In this document: piece after piece, positions 27,206 through 36,239 of the stretch | Numbering within the stretch: position 1 is the stretch's first letter | How the letters are laid out: each line of letters opens with the position of its first letter | Assembly (NCBI GenBank): GCA_964035545.1 | Contig: CAXIUT010000022.1 | Location: forward strand, 1-36,239 | Length of the DNA stretch: 36,239 bases | Direction: 5' to 3' | Source of the DNA: Bugula neritina | Lineage: Eukaryota; Animalia; Bryozoa | The notes under the pieces: model-generated | Seen by the model: only the letters and a program-made list of their open reading frames with translations | Database searches by the model: none | Told to the model about the DNA's origin: nothing | Made by a program: the position numbers and the translations under genes

Positions 27206-28975
27206 ATGTAAAATAATTAAGAAATCATAGTTACCATTTAAGACCTTTAATAACTTTAATAGACATCACAAAACATAAAATTTGCTGTCTATCTCTCCTC
27301 AAATACTCGATACAACCTAAAAAGTATTTAAAAATAACTTTTAGCTCAAGATACATATTGTCTACCTCTTATACCACTCAGAAGAACAGCTTGTTTTCAT
27401 TGTTTAACAAAAAACTATTCATGTTAATAATGTAAGTACTGCATTCAATAAGGAAAAGCATGTTGTAGAAATATTGGTTGTATTTATGATTTTAACTTGT
27501 ACAAAAATTAAAAAAAAAATAAGATTTATTAGAAATGTTCATGTATTGAACCATATGAACCATCGAGTACCAACTTCGATATTGATTGGAGATTGTGTGA
27601 GTTGTTAAGTAAAATAAATCGAACTGATAGAATGAAATATAGTTATTATCTTGAATATTTTTATGGAATATTGAAAATAAGAGAGGAAATGATCAATAAA
27701 GATGGGTAAATAGTTATCAATAGAGTTATATTTTAATAAAATTTCGATGAAAATCAATAGATTGAAACTTAAAGTTAAATGATATTTTAGAATAGGGGTT
27801 GGGGTTGGGGTTGGGGTTGGGGTTGGGGTTGGGGTTGGGGTTGGGGTTGGGGTTGGGGTTGGGGTTGGGGTTGGGAGTCAACTTGTCATGAAGTAATAGA
27901 TCATTTTTCTTCTCATAAAGGTTTAAAATAAATAAAATCAAAACTATAATAATAACCTTCCTAAAATGAATATTATCTTTAATAAAAAAACAATCCTTTA
28001 CCTAATATGATTAATATCATTGAGGCATCAGTTTAGGTGGATTAGAATATATTTAATCACTTCAGTAAGGCAGTAAATTAAAGAATTATCTTTCAGTATC
28101 ATCATTAATCAGAAAAAATAGTCATCAAAAATGCTAGTTATTAAAAAGAATAAACAAAGCATGGTTTAAAATTTTATTCAATAACTAAAAGTAAATAAGA
28201 ATATAAATTTGATAAAGCCTTTTGGTTTGTAGATAGAAAAGGAGATCTTTTCGTTATTCATGATGAAATAATATCGATATTCAAATACCATTTAAAGATG
28301 AAAAAGTTCAAACAGATCTAAATTAAACAAGATAAACGTCTTTCTCGAATTAATAGTGAATCAGCAGTTGTTTATATTAAATAGATTGATAGAATATACT
28401 ATTTTGATCCATAAAATGATGAAAAATCTTTTTGCTTTGATCTTTATCGACCTTATCGAGAACAAAAATAATACTCAAACTGCCTATCAGCTAACTCGAT
28501 TAGATAGCTTTAACCAATATAGAAAATAGTGATGAAATGTTCAAGTTATAAAGCTACTTATATGATGGAGAAGAACAAGTAAAATATCGAAATACCAGTG
28601 ATATATTTATTGAGTTAGAGATAAAATAACTTGCCTTTGCCTTTTTGTTTAGATAGAGTTATTCATAAGTAAGGAAGTAAGGTGGAAGTTCAATAGATTC
28701 GTTCGAAAAAATGTTAGTTTTAAGATAAAAAAGTAAAAATAGAGTTTATTGATGGAATATTTATAGCTATAAAAAAAAAGAAAGAGTCAGTTGTTTGTTT
28801 TTATACAAAATTTAATGAATAAATGGCCTTAATTTAGGGAACTATCAAAGAAAATGGATTTAACACTTTTGTTTAATGGAACTTATCTTAAAGATCTTTT
28901 GATATTTAAAAATAATATAAGATGTTTAAATCTCTTCATTGGGATAAAAATAAACAGATTTTAATTGAATCATGA
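27206..28975 (+). CDS. Cys-rich (possibly SP-RING/MIZ-like) protein containing an in-frame telomeric tract encoding (GW)13
   Basis: 1770 nt from ATG to TGA with no internal TGA. N-terminus has QDTYCLPLIPLRRTACFHCL...KCSC...FDIDWRLCELL. The junction reads ...MIFENR(GW)13ESTCHEVIDHF... Confidence 0.7.
27795..27875 (+). repeat. Interstitial telomeric tract 2, (GGGGTT)13 GGG, intragenic
   Basis: Read directly. Flanks are ...tagaata and agtcaac... Confidence 0.97.
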
Positions 28976-29169
28976 TCATTTTATCATCTTTATTCTCTCT
29001 GATTATTTTTAAAATTTAAATTATGATGACTGATAGCGAATCAAAATGTTCTTTATCACAAAAGATAAGCACCTTTTCTAAAAGAATAAATAAAATATAG
29101 ATAAAAGATGAGCTAATTAGCTGCTAATCATGATATTTTTAACTATTTTATTATTTGAATTAACTGATT

Positions 29170-29394
29170 ATGTTCAACGTCAAGCTGATTAAACTCTTTT
29201 ATCTAATTTCAATTAATAGTAGTGGTTCAATCTTATCTAAAGAGGGAATATTGATTGACAAAGATGAAGATTTAGTTGATTTTTAAGTTAAAAAAGGTGA
29301 TAATATTTAAATAAATTAATATAATCGTATATTTAAGTTATCAATAAATATGATAACTCATGAAATTCAAATACCTAAGATAGTTTTTAAGTGA
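29170..29394 (+). CDS. Short ORF or fragment with weak ubiquitin-like similarity
   Basis: ILSKEGILIDKDEDLVDFEVKKGDNIEI loosely resembles the C-terminal half of a Ubl fold. Confidence 0.25.
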
Positions 29395-29452
29395 TTTCTT
29401 GACTATTTTTATTTATTTTTAGATATTTAGTCGTTCTATAGAGTTTAGAGCC

Positions 29453-30502
29453 ATGTTGTTGATGTAAATCTAAATCGAATTTGGAGAATTACCGTATTAA
29501 TTAAATAAATTGTGATTCGAAACCATGGACTGTATGATCAAGCACTAAGATATAGACCTTAAAATGGAAGATAATAGTGATCACTATCTCTTCAATTCAC
29601 TACTATAAATGGGACAAGTTTAACCACAATCATGTGATCATGAAGAACATTTTTATTTTGATAAACTCAGCAAAGATAACCTTTACTCAGAAAAAAACAA
29701 ACAATAAAATTACTAAGAAAATATTCTTATTGATCTTGCCTCAACCTTTAACCTCAGAACAACTCCTATCAGTGAACTAATGACGCATGTTGACCAAGTC
29801 TATCAGCCTTCAAATTAAGTTAAAAAAAAATTGATTAATCTTCTTAAAAAGCATAAACTTTATCTGAAGAGAGACAATGCTAGAAAAAGAAATCCTCAAA
29901 AATAAAAATCTGAAGAATTTCTTGAAGAAGTAAAAATTTAGGATAATGTCCTCTCATCATTTGCTTTTGATGATTAATCACAAGAGACTAAGAAGAAGAA
30001 AAGAAACAGAATGTCTGCTCAGAAATCGAGAGACAGAAAGAAAGAGTATATTAAAGAGATGGAGAAAATCAATAAGTAACTTAAGAAAAAAATGGATTAA
30101 AAGATATGCAAAACTACTCCTAAAGTTAAGAAAGCTTCAAAAGACTTTCTTAAGGTTCTTCTTTGTCTTGGAATTACATGTTTCTTAAATGCTGCTCCAC
30201 CAACAAATACAACTCAAGATACCATTGATGAAGAGCGTCCATCTGAATCATTGACTCCTCTTGAGCCAATAAATATTGACTCAAAGATGGATCTGGAATG
30301 CTACAAGAAACTTTTGCCTTAAAGTCAGCAAATGATGCTGGAAGAAGCATTAATTGCTGTAAATGGGACAAGTGAAGTAATTCACCTGGACAGCTAGCTA
30401 GATGGAAATAGTTAGTCTACCTCAAAGCTGATAAATTATCAGCAAAATAAGAAATCAGGTTACTTAGGAAAGAGATCTGCTTCTTCAATAACAACTCCAT
30501 GA
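29453..30502 (+). CDS. bZIP transcription factor with a hydrophobic segment after the zipper (CREB3/ATF6-like layout)
   Basis: KKKKRNRMSAQKSRDRKKEYIKEMEKINKELKK, followed by FLKVLLCLGITCFL. The start is uncertain (29453 via an imperfect intron, or about 29525). Confidence 0.8.
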
Positions 30503-30543
30503 TTCAGTTCAAATTATCAAATTATTTTAATCAAGATTATCAC

Positions 30544-31461
30544 TCATATTGCTGATTAGATCCAAGTCCAATAGTTTTTTCTTAATGGCTATTTTATTTT
30601 TAATTATTCACAAATATTTTTGGCATAAGGTATTGTTTATTCTTTTTGACTTTGAATATGAACCAATGTTGCTAAAATTTATAGTTAAGCTAAAGAGTTT
30701 AGCTCACTTTTCGGTGCTGCTTTTTATTATGTAAATTATTTCCACCAAACTTGACAGGTTTAAAGAATTTAAGGATGTTCATCAAAAGATGTGAATAGCG
30801 TTGATTTGAGTGTGTTTTTAGATGAAAAAGTCTTTAGTTTTATCGAAGGAAAGAGTCCTCTCAAAAAGTTCCAAACAGCTTTATTTGATTTTTGTTCTTT
30901 CAAAATATTCAGAGAAAATTTAATATAATGATCTAAAATCTTTTTCTTTTCAGGTTCTTAAAGAGATAGAGCAACTTTTTCTAAGGTTAAGAACAGATGA
31001 CTCCAAGCACTGTTATTATATGAATCTTTTTGAATCATTTTTTAAGCAAACTTTAATTATTCTTCATGAATATTGCCAAAATCAGTTAACCATACACGAA
31101 AACTCCAAGCATGATAGTTTTTTTGATCTTTTTAAAGAAGTATTTTTTATATTTTTGAAAGTTCTTTTCTAAAATCACATCCATTTTAAGCCAAAAATCT
31201 TTTATGTTCCCAAACTTGAAATCCTTTGACTTTTGATTTGAGACAAAAATCTGTGAAACCAACTTAATTTTATAACAATTCATTAGTTTTATTATTTTTA
31301 AGAAGGTACATTTTCTTGAGATACCAAGCATTATAATCTCCAGGTTACTCATCTAATATTTACTATGCAAGTTCATTATTATCTGCATCAAAGGCTTAAT
31401 CTTTGATCGCTTTTAGAAGCTTATTCGATTTTATGAGAACTATTTACAGATCTATTTACAT
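30544..31461 (-). CDS. FNTA: Protein farnesyl/geranylgeranyltransferase type-I alpha subunit (305 aa)
   Basis: PFTA repeats PGDYNAWYLK, KGFQVWEHKR, DQKNYHAWSFRVW, DSYNNSAWSH, SNKAVWNFLRGL, and C-terminal EPLRKNYW. Confidence 0.85.
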
Positions 31462-31668
31462 TGTGGGTTATAGACAGGAGCAAATAGTGGCATTATTTAT
31501 TTGATGTTTTTTTAGTCCATACTTTTATGATAGTTTACTTAATATAAATAACTAAATATTAAAAATATCATTCATAAGTAAAATAAGTTTTAATACTTTT
31601 AGTGAAACAATATTCTTTGTTCAAAAAGTTGAGATGTAAACTATTACTAATTTATTAATATTTTAGAT

Positions 31669-32069
31669 ATGAACAAACTTCAAACACCTCAAGCTAAGCT
31701 ACTCTACGCCGTTTCATAACTCTACAGGAAAAGACGCATTGACGAATCTTAAAAGAAAAAACTTAAAGGTATTATTTCTTTGATTAAGAAAAAGTCATAG
31801 GTTAAAATAATGATATCTATGCATTACTTGAAGAAACTTAAAGTGAAGAAGAACTGTATGATAAACTGGTTGGAGTTGTAGCTGTGAAATCTGAAGAGCC
31901 AGTTGAGCCGAGTCCTTAAGCAGCAAAGGTTATTGAAAGTATTGAACAAGAAGAGGCAACTTCTCCTTGGGGATAATTTTTAAGACACAAAAAGAGAGAA
32001 CATGATAACCGACATAAATTGGAGTCAAATGCGATAAAAGGATTAATTAACCCTAAAAAAGCAGATTGA
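31669..32069 (+). CDS. Small hypothetical protein
   Basis: MNKLQTPQAKLLYAVSELYRKRRIDESEKKKLKEKVI... A 20-nt intron at 31769-31788 restores the frame. Confidence 0.65.
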
Positions 32070-32199
32070 TTCATCAATAATTCATTTTTTTTAACTTATT
32101 AGAGCCAATATATTGAAAAAACAGAGATCATTCTCATAGATTTTAAAATTATTTACTAAATCAATAATTGAAATGAATTTAAATGAATGTTGATGATGA

Positions 32200-32919
32200 T
32201 CATAGGTGAATGGTGTGATATTGAGGGTGGTTATTGACTTCGTAGAGGTTTAATCCCATTGATGTAGCAAATTAACTTCTTTTCATTAACATCTGTTCTT
32301 TAATTCTCTTGCTATCGGCACGTTTCTTCATGCATTTGAAAACCAAAATGATTCCAACAACTAAAGTTACAACTGAAGCTATCACCATTGATAACCAAAT
32401 ACCTTCCATCAATTCTTCAAATTCTTGGTCACCTTTTCCATGATGTTTTTTTCCTGAATAGCCTTTATTGTGGCCACTATAATAATCACCAGAGCCATAG
32501 TAACCTGAACCACTTTTATAACCATTACTATAGTAACCTGAGCCTCTATAGCCAGAACTATAATAACCTGAACCGCTCCAAAAATCAGAACCAGACCCAG
32601 AATAGCCACTTCCACTATAGCCTGATCCTGAATAGCCACTACCACTATAACCTGATCCTTAGTAACCGCTACCGCTATAACCTGAACCGGATTCTTAGTA
32701 ACCACTTCCGCTATAGCCTGATCCTGAAGAACCGCTACCACTATATCCTGATCCTGAATAACCGCTACCACTATAACCTGATCCTGAACCTTAATAACCG
32801 CTACCGCTATAACCTGAACCTGATCCTTAGTAACCACTGCCGCTATAGCCTGAGCCACTATTTTGAGAGCTGGCTAATAGAATCAATGCGAATAGGAGTA
32901 TGAATTTTAATGTCCTCAT
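32200..32919 (-). CDS. Type-I membrane protein with a signal peptide and (SGSGY)n ectodomain (239 aa)
   Basis: MRTLKFILLFALILLASS, then SGSGYSGSGYEGSGSGYSGSGY..., then TM GIWLSMVIASVVTLVVGIILVF, then basic KCMKKR. Confidence 0.85.
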
Positions 32920-32992
32920 TAAATAATTAATTATAGAAACATTTAAATTGATAGTAATATGACAATAATCAGAAAGATAATATTTTTTATGA

Positions 32993-35335
32993 TCAAATCC
33001 GGCCATCATCCGAAACAATATCTTCATCATAAGCATAATCCTTATGCTAAATTGGTTGTTAAGCTGCAAGCATATACTGACCCATCTTATCTTACAGCTA
33101 TTATGATGGTTTTCTTGTGTTCTTGCTTTTCTTGACACGACTTGTATTTTTACGTGATTCTTCACTTTCTTCACCTTGTTCTTCAATGGCTTCATTCTCG
33201 TAATCTTCTTCTTCTTCGATATAAAAACGCTAAAAAAAGCCATGGAAGTTCAGATGTTGAAGATCGTCTGAGCAAAGTGATAACTCAGCAATTATGAGTT
33301 AGATATACACTTTCTAGAGCTCTAAATCTTCGAACATTTTGATAAGTTTTTCTTTTTAGACTGTATCTTATCCATTTTTGACATTTTCAAAGGAAGTTTC
33401 CAACTCATAAGGGTATTTACGAGTCATTTCTGCGATACACATAATCATCTATTTTTATTATTCTTCAGGTATCAGTTAGAAATCATCAACTACTTTCTTT
33501 AACTTACTAATGAGTTTTGAGCTCTAAAGCATTTAATTTTGATCTAATGAATCTTTTTCATAGCAATAGCATAGGAAACTCTTTGTATAATTAGAAGTCA
33601 AATAAAAGGGCTAGTTAACCAGCATATTACAAAGATCAGCGTAAGAGAAAGTTGAAGATTAAGCTGATTATATATCTGTTTTTAAATCTTCAAAAGGATA
33701 TCTTTGAGCTTTCATTCTATAAGTCAGTAATTCCTTTATTTATGCTAGTATCTTTTTATCAGGTTTATAACCTTTATTTGTATTCTTTTCTTTCTTTTTC
33801 TTTTTGTCTTTATCTGTTTTCTTATTTTTACGGTCGTGTGATTCTTTGTTATAAAGTTCTTCTTCTTATTAGTTTTACTAGAAATCTTGTTTTAACTTTT
33901 AGATTTGTTAATCTTGTTTGACTATTTGTTTTTTTGGAGATTTTGTTGCTGCAGAGACATCCTAACTCTTTTAGAATTATTGTTAGTAACTATTTTATTC
34001 ATTTTCAAAAGCATTGTTATATGATTCTTCTTCTTTGGAAGGACTATCTTCAAAATCATATTTCTTTTATAATTTTGATGATTCAGATTTATTTTTAACT
34101 GACTATATTTCGAGTTTATTTTTCACAGATTTTTATTAAACCTTTTACATCTTTTATTTAACAATATTTTAATTTTTTTGCTGAATTTTTCTTCTACTAA
34201 GCTCATTTTCTGATTTTTATAATTGAAGTTTAACTGATTGAAGCTATTTTTAAAGTACTTAATTCTTTTGTCTAATTTACTTGGTTTAAAGATCAATAGG
34301 AGCAACATTCAATGTATTCTAATTTGATTTTTGAATATTAGATCGATAGTAATTAGTACTTGGATGCGATGAAGCAGGTCTTACTACAGGTTTAGCTGAC
34401 TTCTTTTTCATATTTATTTGTTAGACATTAGTTTATAGTGCTTTTATTTATCTTTTTAAGTTTTAGATATGTCTGAGTTGATCATTATTTTTTCTTTTTT
34501 AGACAGCAAGATCTCTAACAACTTTTTTTTCTTTATTATGATACTTTTAAGATTAACTTTTGATTTTATCTTATAAACTTTCTACGATTTCTTGATATTT
34601 TTAATTTTCTTAAGCAAGTTCTTTATTTTGTTATATTTATTCTTCTAAATATTTCTTTAATTAATTATTTTACTTCTCTAGCTAATCTTGATTTATTAAT
34701 TGACTATTACAATCTTAAAGTAATAATCCAAGTCGTTTATTTTAACCTAATAAAATTTTCTTCTATATTTATAATTCATTTATCTTGGTATATTTTACTG
34801 TTTTCTTTATTTTTTGATTTTATTGTTTAAGGTAGTCATTTTAATCTTTAGTCTATCTTACTATCTTCTTCAAATTGTGGATAATCATATTTTCTTTCTA
34901 TTTTAAAATATTTAGTACGTCTTGGTTTTTTGATCCATAAATATTGATACGACTGTTTCCTTGCTTACTCATGCCATCAGATCCAGAATCCATGTATCTG
35001 TTCATCTTGTCTTTTTACTTCTAAAGAATAGATATCTTGGTTTTCAGTCGCATGTTATCTTCCATCAACTAGTTAACTGTTTGTTTTAACTGTAAAGTTT
35101 CAGAGTAGAGTCTTTCTTTATCTTGATGGATCTTCTTTGGCATAATACGGGCAAAGTCATGAGTAGTCAGATCTGGTTTCATGATTTTTATTTGCTTACG
35201 ATGACCTGCCTTGCTAGAAACACTCTGATCACCTATCTCGTCTGAACTCGCCTGTCCCCAATAACCCTTATAACCTGGTTTGGCTGACTGTGGTCTTGAT
35301 AAATCTACTTTTACCTCTTCATTTTCCCTGTTTTA
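32993..35335 (-). CDS. IQCE-like coiled-coil protein with a degenerate EF-hand-like C-terminus; start unresolved
   Basis: DKERLYSETLQLKQTVNELMEDNMRLKTKISILEKEK...NLKKIVRETKDENDYLKQENQKIKKTVKYTKINELEIEKK resembles the IQCE coiled coil. Probable 21-nt intron at 34898-34918. Confidence 0.6.
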
Positions 35336-35443
35336 AATAAAATAGTATCAAATTCTATTGCTGAATAATAAATAAAACGATTTTAACCTTAAAATATATC
35401 AAAAAAATTATATAAATAAAAGATATTTACAGCATTAATTTTA

Positions 35444-36082
35444 TCAAAGTTGTTTATCCATTCTAAACTTATTAATCTCTTGTAAAGTAGATCTTCCCAA
35501 TGCATATTTATCTCCTAAAGATTAAAATCTATTTATCAAATACTATACTTCTAAAGGCTATATTGACTCGAACTAATCATTCCATAGAGTAATCCACTTG
35601 ATACACCAACAATAAAACTCAATAAATGTACTTTCATGCCTACCATCATCCTCATCTGATCTATTTTAACATCTTATATACATGAAACCAATGAAGTTAA
35701 ACTAACACTTACGAGTACTCCTTTTATCATTTGACTTTTTGTATGCTTTATTTAAGCTTTTTTACGTCTTTGCACAACCTAATGATATATCTTTCTTCGG
35801 GAGTTGCGTACTCCTTTGTCCAGTATTAGTTATAAAACAATCTGAAAACAGTAAAAGGAGATAGTATTGATCTAAGTGCCATTGTTTTTTGTTAACTACC
35901 ACTTCTTTCTTCATAAGTAGATGGGTACTAACAATAGATGGATCTTATTATGTAGGTTTTTTGTACTATTTGAAGTAAGATTTCAACATATTTTACTCTT
36001 GTTCCATCTCTTGCTTTATTTTTTAGTTGAAATCTTTATCTTTCTTAAAGTATTGCTCTCTGATTTTTCTATCTTCTGTCAT
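35444..36082 (-). CDS. Small hypothetical membrane protein, frameshifted by probable sequencing errors
   Basis: ATG at 36082. 20-nt introns at 35909-35928 and 35529-35548. Hydrophobic segments GVLVSVSLTSLVS and LLSFIVGVSSGLLYGMI. Confidence 0.5.
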
Positions 36083-36145
36083 GATTATTATATTACTAAA
36101 TTTACCTTAACTATCTATATAAAAAATCATATAAAAGCAATATGA

Positions 36146-36239
36146 GGGGTTGGGGTTGGGGTTGGGGTTGGGGTTGGGGTTGGGGTTGGGGTTGGGGTTG
36201 GGGTTGGGGTTGGGGTTGGGGTTGGGGTTGGGGTTGGGG
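36146..36239 (+). repeat. Right telomere, (GGGGTT)n
   Basis: Perfect G4T2 tandem to the end of the window. Confidence 0.98.

Noticed and set aside
27798-27877. Telomeric tract as a GT...AG intron
   Set aside because: Removing 80 nt (or 80 minus 6n) shifts the frame, and it does not resemble the 20-nt AT-rich GTA introns of this genome.
27726-27941. ORF-track protein with (PN)n repeat
   Set aside because: It is only the minus-strand translation of the telomeric tract under the wrong code.
18041-36145. Telomere-targeting retrotransposons following the internal tracts
   Set aside because: No reverse transcriptase, endonuclease or poly(A) junction was seen. The downstream genes are ordinary cellular genes.
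145-36145. Most short hydrophobic or Lys-rich ORFs in the supplied track (e.g. 145-444, 15833-16111, 19246-19797, 25809-26201, 32388-32903)
   Set aside because: They are antisense or off-frame shadows of real genes once TAA/TAG are read as Glu.

Overview
This is not prokaryotic DNA. It is a very AT-rich, gene-dense, telomere-to-telomere ciliate macronuclear chromosome or contig, with (CCCCAA)n at 1-117 and (GGGGTT)n at 36146-36239. TAA and TAG both read as Glu and TGA is the only stop (the peritrich-type code, NCBI table 30), so the supplied standard-code ORF track is mostly misleading. Introns are tiny and very uniform (about 20 nt, GTA...AG). Retranslated, the window holds about 18 genes: V-ATPase subunit d, an EF-hand protein, inner-arm dynein light chain p28, a ~3158-aa repetitive coiled-coil cortical-type protein with nested 411/822/2307-bp internal repeats, cyclin L, a RING protein, a WWE-PARP mono-ADP-ribosyltransferase, ER Hsp70 HYOU1/GRP170, a probable membrane-tethered bZIP factor, a prenyltransferase alpha subunit, a (SGSGY)n type-I membrane protein, an IQCE-like coiled-coil protein and several hypotheticals. 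The most striking feature is two interstitial telomeric tracts (17992-18040 and 27795-27875). Both have the same polarity as the right telomere and both end in a truncated GGG unit. The second sits in frame inside a 589-aa ORF, where it would encode (Gly-Trp)13. This points either to telomerase-mediated insertion and rejoining at GGG seeds, or to alternative telomere-addition sites collapsed into the consensus. Homopolymer-type frameshifts in several genes suggest low-coverage long-read errors.
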